Source: Octopus vulgaris (taxonomy: Eukaryota). From it: a DNA stretch of 64,000 bases. This document shows positions 53,101 to 59,907 of the stretch, one piece after another; position 1 is the first letter of the stretch; every line of letters starts with the position of its first letter. The stretch lies in the NCBI GenBank assembly GCA_951406725.2, contig OX597824.1, positions 14,508,001 through 14,572,000 on the forward strand, in the 5' to 3' direction. The notes beneath the pieces were generated by a model. That model searched no databases. It was not told where the DNA came from and saw nothing but the letters and a program-made list of their open reading frames with translations. The position numbers and the translations under genes are program-made.

Positions 53101-54329
53101 AAAGAGTCAAGATTTCCGATTAACTTCAACGGTATAATTATTTATTCTTTGATTCGCAAATATAAACATTTCCTTCCTCTGGGCGAATCGGCAGCCTAGG
53201 AGCTTATTGGCAGTAGTCAAGTGGAGTGAGTCAATCCTGCCCGTTCAAGCATAGCGGAGATGCGCCACGAGGTGGCAGCTCGAGAGACGTCTATCTTGTT
53301 CAGCTGCTAGCGTCCTAGAGGGCAATATAAGAGAATTTCGCTACTTCTAGTTTTCTGCGCATGCGCATGAGGGAACTTCCAGCAGGTCTTCTGGAAGACT
53401 CCAACCCTGCGCATGCGTGCTGGAGATTTGCAATATGGCGTCACTACACATCTAACCCATGCCAACATGGAAAGCAGATGCTAAATGATCCTCAACCTAA
53501 GTTTACAATAATAATTACAAAACATTAAAACAACCCATTAATGCTGTATGACAGAGGTTTCCCAACCTTTTCATTACCTTGGATCCCTTTTATTTAAATG
53601 AATATTCTCAAGGATCCTAGGCCTTTAAAAGGTCTGCCAACACAATTTTGCACTCGGCTCATAGACCCCAAAGGATTTCAAAACCCCAAGTTGGTATCTG
53701 TTGGTGTGCGTAAAGTAATACAATTTCCTCCTTAAATTGAAATTTTATTATAGACTCAGCATTTTCCTCTGCAACATCATCGTTTAATATCCGCTTTCCA
53801 TGCTAGCATGGGTTGGACGATTTGACTGGTGGACCAGATGGCTGCACCAGGCTCCAATCTGATCTGGCAGAGTTTCTACAACTGGTTGCCCTTCTTAACG
53901 CCAACCACTCCAAGATATATATATATATATATATATATATAGCATGGGTTGGACAATTTGACTGAGGACTGGCGAACCAGATGGCTGCACCAGGCTCCAA
54001 TCTGATCTGGCAGAGTTTCTACAACTGGTTGCCCTTCTTAACGCCAACCACTCAAAGATATATATATATATATATATATATATAGCCTGGGTTGGACAAT
54101 TTGACTGAGGACTGGCGAACCAGATGGCTGCACCAGGCTCCAATCTGATCTGGCAGAGTTTCTACAACTGGTTGCCCTTCTTAACGCCAACCACTCCAAG
54201 ATATATATATATATAGCATGGGTTGGACAATTTGACTGAGGACTGGCGAACCAGATGGCTGCACCAGGCTCCAATCTGATCTGGCAGAGTTTCTACAACT
54301 GGTTGCCCTTCTTAACGCCAACCACTCCA

Positions 54330-54363
<34 letters not shown>

Positions 54364-55057
54364 CATGGGTTGGACAATTTGACTGAGGACTGGCGAACCA
54401 GATGGCTGCACCAGGCTCCAATCTGATCTGGCAGAGTTTCTACAACTGGTTGCCCTTCTTAACGCCAACCACTCCAAGATATATATATATATATATATAT
54501 ATATAGCATGGGTTGGACAATTTGACTGAGGACTGGCGAACCAGATGGCTGCACCAGGCTCCAATCTGATCTGGCAGAGTTTCTACAACTGGTTGCCCTT
54601 CTTAACGCCAACCACTCCAAGATATATATATATATATATATATATATAGCATGGGTTGGACAATTTGACTGAGGACTGGCGAACCAGATGGCTGCACCAG
54701 GCTCCAATCTGATCTGGCAGAGTTTCTACAGCTGGATGCCCTTCCTAACGCCAACCACTCCGAGGGTGCCATTGAAAGATAAAGTAGATGAGTAGAAGTA
54801 TTACTAAAATTAAGATGCGCTTACCCTGAAATAATGTTTCAAGTTTTTTTTATTTCTAGCATCAAGAAAATGACCTGGCAACTCTTGAGAAAGCTTCTAC
54901 ATGTACAAACCACAGCAACAAAAAACTCACAGAGTCTCAAACAGATTTAACTCCGTCAAAGCAACATTCTGTGAATCACTTGGATTTTTTACTTCAAGCT
55001 CACAGTTTATCCAATGAAGATTATCTCAATTCTTTACCCGAACAGACAACTCATTAA
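1130..55057 (+). CDS. CEP128: Centrosomal protein of 128 kDa-like coiled-coil gene, 30 coding exons, 5'-partial (about 1040 aa in window)
   Basis: 30 exons with AG/GT boundaries splice in consistent phase to 3123 nt ending in TAA. Peptides are colinear with my recollection of vertebrate CEP128: [13 protein letters not shown] (DTSRNLRQVDQML), [52 protein letters not shown] (DPHRWLAESKTKLQWL), EDFR. Confidence 0.88.
1334..1409 (+). CDS. CEP128: CEP128 exon ([25 protein letters not shown])
   Basis: ttctcag / gtaagt, phase 0/1. Confidence 0.85.
1431..1805 (+). mobile_element. Non-autonomous Helitron, family A
   Basis: 5' TC, 3' GC-rich hairpin (cctgagcaacgccggg) then CTAG, inserted between A and T. 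Confidence 0.8.
2400..2840 (+). mobile_element. (GAT)n-tailed SINE-like retroposon with an internal ~60-bp tandem module (representative)
   Basis: ggaagggcatccagctgtaga...ccatgctagcatggaaa..(gat)n; others near 16975-17345, 23820-24140, 31060-31677, 39563-39863, 46200-46708, 47720-48200, 49627-49940, 56945-57210, 58141-58490, 60141-60598. Confidence 0.72.
3088..3119 (+). CDS. CEP128: CEP128 short exon ([11 protein letters not shown])
   Basis: tttgcag / gtatgt, phase 1/0 bridges its neighbours. Confidence 0.65.
3169..3340. repeat. Compound trinucleotide microsatellite (TAG/CAG/CTG/TGG)
   Basis: Seen directly; fills most of the intron 3120-3422. Confidence 0.95.
3423..3571 (+). CDS. CEP128: CEP128 exon ([15 protein letters not shown]...LHESVRDLS...DHRDR)
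   Basis: ttttag / gtaagt, phase 0/2; an in-frame alternative acceptor lies 9 nt downstream. Confidence 0.85.
6158..6239 (+). CDS. CEP128: CEP128 exon ([27 protein letters not shown])
   Basis: ttgaag / gtaagt, phase 2/0. Confidence 0.82.
6486..7109 (+). mobile_element. Non-autonomous Helitron, family C
   Basis: TC start, ...gcaatgctgggtcatagtgCTAG end; related rearranged copy at 13161-13513 (-). Confidence 0.65.
7377..7424 (-). ncRNA. Minimal hammerhead-like motif (CCGATGA core, mutated triplet) in a Penelope-like insertion 7305-7665
   Basis: GTCT CCGATGA A GGGATAT-ataaa-ATATCCC G GAAACAGCTCTA AGAC; insert flanked by a 20-bp AT-rich direct repeat. Confidence 0.5.
8166..8288 (+). CDS. CEP128: CEP128 exon ([21 protein letters not shown]...SELKQ)
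   Basis: poly-T tract then aag / gtaagt, phase 0/0. Confidence 0.85.
8479..8761. mobile_element. Solo LTR inserted in a SINE
   Basis: TGTGG...CCACA termini, 5-bp TSD gttgc (8474-8478, 8762-8766), internal AATAAA, splits a SINE. Confidence 0.75.
9816..10218 (+). mobile_element. tRNA-derived CORE-type SINE (representative copy)
   Basis: A/B-box-like head, ccttgggcaagtg CORE-like motif, TA/TG linker, aaaagag tail. Approximate other copies: 673-1060, 20026-20478, 22770-23185, 23233-23555, 26517-26930, 30895-31895, 35183-35745, 40840-41172, 45430-45810, 51682-52070, 56226-56574, 56703-57381, 61450-61845. Confidence 0.8.
10385..10561 (+). CDS. CEP128: CEP128 exon (ALQQHQNF...ESEAQRHK)
   Basis: tttcag / gtaagt, phase 0/0. 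Confidence 0.85.
10984..11058 (+). CDS. CEP128: CEP128 exon ([25 protein letters not shown])
   Basis: gacag / gtaagc, phase 0/0; SEGSR motif. Confidence 0.87.
11117..11443. mobile_element. Foldback-type MITE with 15/30-bp subterminal repeats enclosing a Tc1/mariner (maT-like) transposase fragment
   Basis: gacaatt..caaca arrays in opposite orientation; centre encodes [18 protein letters not shown]. Confidence 0.55.
12063..12355. mobile_element. Penelope-like inverted insertion (about 103-bp inverted repeat plus tail)
   Basis: Arms 12060-12162 and 12197-12299; 12-bp TSD gaattaaataca at 12051-12062 and 12356-12367. Confidence 0.55.
12495..12612 (+). CDS. CEP128: CEP128 exon ([15 protein letters not shown]...DRLKL)
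   Basis: gctag / gtaagt, phase 0/1. Confidence 0.85.
13676..13839 (+). CDS. CEP128: CEP128 exon ([15 protein letters not shown]...LSDHIE)
   Basis: ttttag / gtaaag, phase 1/0. Confidence 0.87.
15449..15790. repeat. (ATCT/ATCC)n tetranucleotide microsatellite
   Basis: Seen directly. Confidence 0.95.
15850..16115 (+). CDS. CEP128: CEP128 exon ([12 protein letters not shown]...TQEAIK)
   Basis: ttgcag / gtgagt, phase 0/2. Confidence 0.88.
16795..16845 (-). ncRNA. Type I hammerhead ribozyme motif, inverted twin of 16877-16927
   Basis: Reverse complement is identical except one base in loop II. Confidence 0.75.
16877..16927 (+). ncRNA. Type I hammerhead ribozyme motif (Penelope-like)
   Basis: Stem I AGCTTC/GAAGCT, core CTGATGA, stem II TTCA/TGAA, GAAA, stem III ACAG/CTGT with loop TTCTAGTC, GTA cleavage triplet. 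Confidence 0.75.
17928..18102 (+). CDS. CEP128: CEP128 exon ([12 protein letters not shown]...RELTDAL)
   Basis: ctttag / gtgagt, phase 2/0. Confidence 0.88.
18133..18439 (-). mobile_element. Non-autonomous Helitron, family B
   Basis: Same 3' hairpin plus CTAG as family A, different body; sister copy 60893-61275. Confidence 0.75.
18538..18657 (+). CDS. CEP128: CEP128 exon ([13 protein letters not shown]...SQIEK)
   Basis: tgtcag / gtaatt, phase 0/0. Confidence 0.86.
18994..19550 (+). mobile_element. tRNA-derived SINE with Meta-like domain, tandem trimer (representative)
   Basis: gcctttcatcctttcggggtcgataaa domain, 183-bp unit; others at 1-397, 3672-4272, 40236-40636, 47015-47422, 62213-62432, 63421-63836. 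Confidence 0.75.
19680..19811 (+). CDS. CEP128: CEP128 exon ([11 protein letters not shown]...HAQQLK)
   Basis: tttcag / gtgcgt, phase 0/0. Confidence 0.85.
22313..22387 (+). CDS. CEP128: CEP128 exon ([25 protein letters not shown])
   Basis: ttacag / gtaagt, phase 0/0. Confidence 0.83.
22517..22603 (+). CDS. CEP128: CEP128 exon ([29 protein letters not shown])
   Basis: ttccag / gtagga, phase 0/0. Confidence 0.83.
23742..23801 (+). CDS. CEP128: CEP128 exon ([20 protein letters not shown])
   Basis: tttcag / gtgagt, phase 0/0. Confidence 0.82.
24920..25203 (+). mobile_element. CR1-type LINE 3' fragment
   Basis: [16 protein letters not shown] motif, 3' UTR, then an ATT tail. Confidence 0.75.
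25204..26108. repeat. About 900-bp (ATT/ATC)n microsatellite
   Basis: Seen directly; source of the spurious poly-Ile ORFs. Confidence 0.97.
26310..26396 (+). CDS. CEP128: CEP128 exon ([29 protein letters not shown])
   Basis: ttacag / gtaagt, phase 0/0. Confidence 0.83.
27207..27297. repeat. (TG)n microsatellite
   Basis: Seen directly. Confidence 0.95.
27369..27466 (+). CDS. CEP128: CEP128 exon ([32 protein letters not shown])
   Basis: gtccag / gtcagt, phase 0/2. Confidence 0.82.
28269..28335 (+). CDS. CEP128: CEP128 exon ([22 protein letters not shown])
   Basis: tttcag / gtgagc, phase 2/0. Confidence 0.83.
28363..28733 (-). mobile_element. Non-autonomous Helitron, family A
   Basis: Reverse-complement copy of 1431-1805. 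Confidence 0.8.
28807..28985 (+). mobile_element. mariner-type remnant
   Basis: Encodes [18 protein letters not shown], a typical mariner transposase C-terminus. Confidence 0.5.
29935..30492. mobile_element. Non-coding element inserted in a (TAA)n microsatellite
   Basis: Sharp boundaries with ATT repeats on both sides; no long ORF. Confidence 0.5.
31963..31988 (+). CDS. CEP128: CEP128 26-nt micro-exon (ELLAADVK)
   Basis: ttttcag / gtgagg, phase 0/2; needed to keep frame with the next exon. Confidence 0.72.
32520..32885 (-). pseudogene. Degenerate maT/DD37D-like transposase remnant
   Basis: Minus strand reads [40 protein letters not shown] with stops and frameshifts. Confidence 0.55.
33414..33643. 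mobile_element. TTAA MITE inserted into a SINE tail
   Basis: TTAA duplicated; host SINE continues on both sides. Confidence 0.72.
34251..34320 (+). CDS. CEP128: CEP128 exon ([23 protein letters not shown])
   Basis: ttccag / gtgagt, phase 2/0. Confidence 0.82.
34811..34897 (+). CDS. CEP128: CEP128 exon ([29 protein letters not shown])
   Basis: tgacag / gtttgt, phase 0/0; corresponds to the LGVIGKEID segment of vertebrate CEP128. Confidence 0.75.
36496..36561 (+). CDS. CEP128: CEP128 exon ([22 protein letters not shown])
   Basis: ggcag / gtaagt, phase 0/0; DPxxWxAE motif. Confidence 0.85.
36716..37245 (+). mobile_element. Internally deleted Tc1/mariner element (rosa/DD41D-like) with long TIRs
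   Basis: TA|CAGGG start; arms 36731-36937 and 37037-37245; encodes [14 protein letters not shown]...[13 protein letters not shown]. Confidence 0.75.
37400..37550 (+). CDS. CEP128: CEP128 exon ([13 protein letters not shown]...STTGA)
   Basis: tgaag / gtttgt, phase 0/1; KLxWL motif. Confidence 0.8.
37625..37993 (+). mobile_element. Non-autonomous Helitron, family A
   Basis: Copy of 1431-1805, A|TC...CTAG|T. Confidence 0.8.
38037..38077 (+). CDS. CEP128: CEP128 exon ([13 protein letters not shown])
   Basis: tgacag / gtgaga, phase 1/0. Confidence 0.72.
38263..38590 (-). mobile_element. CR1-type LINE 3' fragment
   Basis: [28 protein letters not shown] plus ATT tail. Confidence 0.8.
41682..44074 (-). 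mobile_element. hAT DNA transposon remnant with disrupted transposase
   Basis: [23 protein letters not shown] and [25 protein letters not shown] (hATC dimerisation) motifs; CAGTTGTGGG terminus with GCTAAC-rich subterminal repeats. Confidence 0.85.
42260..42951. repeat. About 5 x 142-bp tandem repeat inside the hAT transposase
   Basis: Units start at 42260, 42402, 42544, 42686 and 42828. Confidence 0.9.
44760..44888 (+). CDS. CEP128: CEP128 exon ([11 protein letters not shown]...IDEIEDFR)
   Basis: tctcag / gtatct, phase 0/0. Confidence 0.75.
45891..45928 (+). CDS. CEP128: CEP128 exon ([12 protein letters not shown])
   Basis: tttatag / gtaagt, phase 0/2. Confidence 0.75.
48463..48644. repeat. 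83-bp near-perfect inverted repeat with a 16-bp spacer
   Basis: Arms 48463-48545 and 48562-48644. Confidence 0.9.
48674..49119 (+). mobile_element. 5'-truncated RTE-clade LINE
   Basis: [18 protein letters not shown] motif, caag-type tail, 13-bp TSD aa(a/t)tgttccaaga. Confidence 0.75.
49940..50263 (-). mobile_element. tRNA-derived SINE nested in another retroposon
   Basis: 14-bp TSD ccat(c/t)tgatattta; cactcagctggcaaaaatgagt domain shared with 5766-6000 and 14072-14320. Confidence 0.7.
50924..50990 (+). CDS. CEP128: CEP128 exon ([22 protein letters not shown])
   Basis: ttcaaaag / gttggg, phase 2/0. Confidence 0.7.
51312..51531. mobile_element. TTAA-specific (piggyBac-type) MITE
   Basis: TTAA-CCCTTTTG...CAAAAGGG-TTAA; relatives at 10602-10747, 33414-33643, 51059-51286, 55054-55272, 56091-57521 (split) and 62502-62711. 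Confidence 0.75.
52599..53448. mobile_element. Solo-LTR-like, possibly composite, insert in a SINE tail
   Basis: TGTA...TACA termini, 4-bp TSD catc; host SINE resumes after the insert. Confidence 0.55.
53805..54764. repeat. 7-copy tandem array of SINE fragment plus (TA)n (about 131-147 bp units)
   Basis: Units start at about 53805, 53941, 54084, 54215, 54362, 54505 and 54648. Confidence 0.92.
54860..55057 (+). CDS. CEP128: CEP128 terminal coding exon ([11 protein letters not shown]...PEQTTH*)
   Basis: ttctag acceptor, phase 0, 65 open codons then TAA; AATAAA at about 55134. Confidence 0.68.
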   Translation, partial: HQENDLATLEKASTCTNHSNKKLTESQTDLTPSKQHSVNHLDFLLQAHSLSNEDYLNSLPEQTTH

Positions 55058-55272
55058 CCCTTTGGATGATGACAACCTACCCAAGGCCAAATCTGGTTTT
55101 ATAAAACAAGCTTCCCGTTTTAAAATTATCTATAATAAAAGCTACCGTTTAATTTTCATGTTAATTTGTGATCCAAATACTAGCTTAATAGCAACTAAAT
55201 ACTTCATTCCTTTCAAAATTAATTGAAAAAAGACAGCTTTTTTCTGTAGAAATATGTTAACAAAAGGGTCAA
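55054..55272. mobile_element. Degenerate TTAA MITE starting at the CEP128 stop codon
   Basis: TTAACCCTTTG...CAAAAGGGTCAA; internal similarity to 33414-33643. Confidence 0.6.
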
Positions 55273-55359
55273 CTGACATCAATTTAACATTTAACCAGTC
55301 TACATGATAGAACATTAGCCACTACACACATTTTTTTCTCTCCTTGTTTTTTCTGTGTC

Positions 55360-55397
55360 CCTTTCTGTAGAAGAGCGTAGGCTCGAAACGTAAAAGG
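55360..55397 (+). ncRNA. Minimal hammerhead-like motif (CTGTAGA core) in insertion 55298-55486
   Basis: CCTTT CTGTAGA A GAGC-gtag-GCTC GAAACGTA AAAGG; 13-bp TSD taacatttaacca at 55285-55297 and 55487-55499. Confidence 0.5.
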
Positions 55398-58300
55398 CTT
55401 TTCCTATTCCTGAGCGTTATACAAATACACCTGTTTGTTTTGTACACCACCTGTCTTCGTCTTTTGTTTTTTTCATAAACTCTCCCTAACATTTAACCAC
55501 ATACTTTCTTCAACATGAAGGTTTCCAATTTTTAGAATTAGTACTTTAGAGCATTTTTTTAATACACACACACACACACACATCTGTCCGTGTGTGTGTT
55601 TGTTGTGTGTAAAAAACATTCAAATTGCAATGACAATTAACCAAAGAGTAGGAACTCCAAAAAATGGTGATGGTCTGTGTTGGCAATTAGTGAGCATAAA
55701 TCTATTCAAAAACGGAATAAAATGGTGAACTATGGAGAAAAGTTCAATATTTTAGAAAAGAAAAAAAATCTGTTGAAACGTTTCCATCAACTATTTCCGA
55801 ACCATTTACATCACTATTTAGCCTGTTCAAAAGCCACAACTCTGAGAAAGACGGTGATTTGTTGCAGCTATTATTCAAAATAATCCGAGCAAAGAGAAGT
55901 TAACTCAACAATATGAACATAAGCACCAAACACATATATTTTCATATCCATTCATCTTATGATAAACAGATGAGTATATAATCAATTTGATTGATTACAA
56001 TCGGAAATTTGTATTTTTTCCTTTCTATTAAAATAAAAATATTTAAACTGACTAAAATTTATATTTACTTCACCATCACAGAAATTGTCATTAAATCCTT
56101 TTGATATCAGCCCACCTGACACAAAACCCTTGTTCTTTGGATACTAACTTGTTGTTTTAACTCTTTAGCATTCAGATTTTTGCAAAATGTAATGCTTATT
56201 TAGTCACATTCATTTCAATTAATCATGCTTACGAACCACATGGTTCCGGGTTCAGTCCCACTGCGTGGCACCTTGGGCAAGTGTCTTCTACTATAGCTTC
56301 GGGCCGACCAAAGCCATGTAAGTGGATTTGGGAGACGGAAACTGAAAGAAGCCCATCTTATATATATATGTGTGTGTGTGTGTATATATATATGTATGTA
56401 TGTATGTGTGTGTGTGTGTATGTTTGTGTTTGTCCCCGTAACTTAGCGGTTTGGCAAAGAGAATGATAAAATAAGTACTAGGCTTACAAAGAATAAGTCC
56501 TGGGGTCAATTTGCTTGACTAAAGGCGGTGCTCCAGCATGGCCACAGTCAAATGACTGAAACAAGTAAAAGAGTATGCATTACCTTGTAGCCTTGAGATT
56601 ACAATGATGTGATTGTGTATTTCTAGAATAATGCTGTAGGGTAAATGTGAGAGGCTGGATTTGGCCAGTTTCAACATAAAACAGAATATTTTGCCAGGAA
56701 TATACTCTTTACTCTTTTACTTGTTTCAGTCATTTAACTGCGGCCATGCTGGAGCACCGCCTTTAATCGAGCAACTCGACCCCGGGACTTATTCTTTGTA
56801 AGCCCAGTACTTATTCTATCGGTCTCTTTTTGCCGAACCGCTAAGTGACGGGGACATAAACACACCAGCATCGGTTGTCAAGCAATGCTAGGGGGACAAA
56901 CACAGACACACAAACATACACACACACACATATATATATATATCTGGCCCTCGTGCCGGTGGCACATAAAAAGCACCATCCGTTCGTGGCCGTTTGCCAG
57001 CTCTGTCTGGCACCAGTGCGGGTGGCACGTAAAAAGCACCCACTACACTCACGGAGTGGTTGGCGTTAGGAAGGGCATCCAGCCGTAGAAACACTGCCTG
57101 ATTTGACTGGGCCTGATGAAGCCTTCTGGCTTCACAGACCCCAGTAGAACCGTCCAACCCATGCTAGCATGGAAAACGGACGCTAAACGATGATGATGAT
57201 GATGATGATGATACATATATCTGACAGGCTTCTTTCAGTTTCCGTCTACCAAATCCACTCACAAGGCATTGGTCAGCCCGAGGCTATAGTAGAAGATACT
57301 TGCCCAAGTTGCCACGCAGTGGGACTGAACCTGGAACCATGTGGTTGGTAAGCAAGCTACTTACCACACAGCCACTCCTATGGCTGGTTTAAATGCCAAA
57401 AGGTTAAAAAGAACAACAACTCTCCCTTCAAAACTTAATTTATGTTCCAAACACCAGCTTAATAATGACAGAAGTTATTTTACTAAATCCTTGACTGTTT
57501 TCAGAATTATTTGAAACAAAGTGGTTGGTGTTAGGAAGGACACCCAGCCTTAGAAAACCATGCCAAATCAGACTGGAGTCTGGTGCAGCCTTCCAGCGTG
57601 CCAACTCTGGTCAAACTGGACAACCAATGCCAGCATGGACAACAGACATTAAATGATGATGATGATGATTATTCCACCCACCTTTACTACTGTAGCACAA
57701 AGAAGGGTAGTATTTGCCAGCCACTGCTATTTTGTTGCAGCAACAGGCCATATCAGATGTTATATTTTGGAGACTTCTACATCCTAATGGAAGACCACTG
57801 AAGTACATCGATGTAACTGGCAGAGACGCATGACATGAAACTGAGGACCTACCAGAGTTCCTTGGCACAGCATTGTGACACAGCAAAGAAAGTCTACAAT
57901 ATATATGACTGCTTGTACCACAATTACTTAGTCATAGTAAGCCAAACTAAATCCACCGAACTGAACAGTTTTAAACGAGTGGCAAAGTTATTAACAACAA
58001 TTAAACCCAAGTCACTGAAGCAACAGCTTGGATTCAGAAGTCCTCAAAATTTGAAAATGATAAAGGTTTTAAATTCCATGCTTAGCAATATTATTAACAG
58101 GTATCTTGTATGCTTAGCAGTTAATTGGTTATATTAACTTCATCATCATCATTTAACGTCCGCTTTCCATGCTAGCAAGGGTTGGACGATTTGACTGGTG
58201 GACCAGATGGCTGCACCAGGCTCCAATCTGATCTGGCAGAGTTTCTACAGCTGGATGCCCTTCCTAACGCCAACCACTCCGAGAGTGTAGTGAGTGCTTT

Positions 58301-58612
58301 TACATGCCACTGGCGGCACGAGGGCCAGTTTGGTGGTACTGGCAACAGCCACGCCCAAATGGTGCTTTTTACGTGCCACCTGCACAGGAGCCAGTCCAGC
58401 GGTACTGGTAACGATCTCGCTCGAATGTTTCATGTGCCGCCAGCACAAGTGCTAGTAAGGCGACGCGATAACGGTCACACTCGAATGGTGCGGTTAATTT
58501 AGAAAATAAATCGGAATAAAACTGCTTTGGCAGTTAGTAGCATTGAGAGATCCTTATCATACTAACTGAAAATTCAACAATTTTCTTTTTTTTTTTTACA
58601 GTGTTAACAAAA

Positions 58613-58618
58613 TTTATT
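58613..58618 (-). promoter_or_regulatory. Candidate polyadenylation signal of UBR1/2 (3' UTR about 1.15 kb, U-rich)
   Basis: AATAAA on the minus strand at the end of a SINE-free U-rich tract downstream of the stop. Confidence 0.4.
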
Positions 58619-59765
58619 ACAATTAAATTCAAAATGATATTTTCATAAATAAAAATTATAAATTAAAATATTATGTACATTAAATAGAAAAAGTTCAAAT
58701 ATGAAGTTCAGTCCGTCAATCTCTCCATTCAAAGTGAGAAATTATATAAAACCAAGAACAAAGACACAAAAGGAAAAAGAGAAACAGAACAGCTGGATGA
58801 GAGAGAGAGAGAAAGAGAGAGAGAGACAGAGAAAGAGACAGAGAGAGCAAGAGGTGGAAGAAGAAAAGAGAGCGAAATGAAAAATTCTAACTTGTAAATG
58901 AGAAGCTTTATAAGCAACTTCTCCAGCAAATTTGGTTTGAACATCATAGAGATTCCGAAACATGATTTTTTTTTTTTTTTGAGTGGGGGAAAGGGGATTT
59001 AGCTAAAATGGGTGACAAAAAAAAATAATGAAATAAAAAAAAAAAAAAAGACAAATATTTCAATAAATAAAGAAAGAAAATGTTAGTTTAAGGGAAGTTA
59101 AACAAAAAAAAAAAAAAAAATTCAAACTGTTTTAATGCACAATATTTAAAACAATATATATATTATATCAAGCATTTTCTTGATGGTAATAGCAAATATG
59201 AAGAGTTTTTTTTTTATATTGCCAGAACACCCCACCCCCCCATACATACACACGCACACACATGCAGACACACACACACACACACTGCAGTATGGAAATG
59301 GGGGTGGGGGGAAGAAAGAACAAATTGGTTTCCTGATGGTGTCAGCATAAGTTATCCTTCCAAACATTTCACACTCTTTTTTTAAGTATTACAAATGCAA
59401 TATGCTCCACAAACAAATAAATAAATACAACATACGGTTGCCTTTTTTTTTTTCTTCTTTTTCGGAGAGGGAAGGATGACTTTCGTACTATGTCACTAAA
59501 TCATAAAGACCGTCAAAAGAAACACAAAAAAAAAAAAAAAAAAGAAATGATAAAAAAAAAAAAAAAAAAAAAGGAAAAGAAAAACTGTAGGTAGGTTGAT
59601 TTGTCCTGAGATAGCTGCTGGCTGACATCTGACAGGTGTGCAGAGTAGGAGTTACATCAAATGGACAAGGTCTGGCAGGTCGTTCCAGTGGTGCGGAGAA
59701 ATTGCGAACCAGCTCTTCATTACAGTAGCCATAAACAGGTCACAGCTGGCTTCAAGCAAATTCAA

Positions 59766-59907
59766 TTACAAATTCCACCATTCATAGCTGACCTGGCTGT
59801 TATTGGACTCAAGATTGTGGACAATAGTTTCTGGAATTTCATGCTGGAACCAAAGGCGGTGCAACTGCTTGTAGTGTTCTTCGCTGAGACAGAGGGGATT
59901 GCCTCTC
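59766..59907 (-). CDS. UBR2: UBR1/2 last coding exon (RGNPLCLSEEHYKQLHRLWFQH...WWNL*)
   Basis: tttttcag acceptor, TAA at 59768-59766. Confidence 0.92.

Noticed and set aside
53805-54764. CRISPR-like repeat-spacer array
   Set aside because: The repeats are ~115-bp SINE fragments, the spacers are only (TA)n, there are no cas genes, and the context is eukaryotic.
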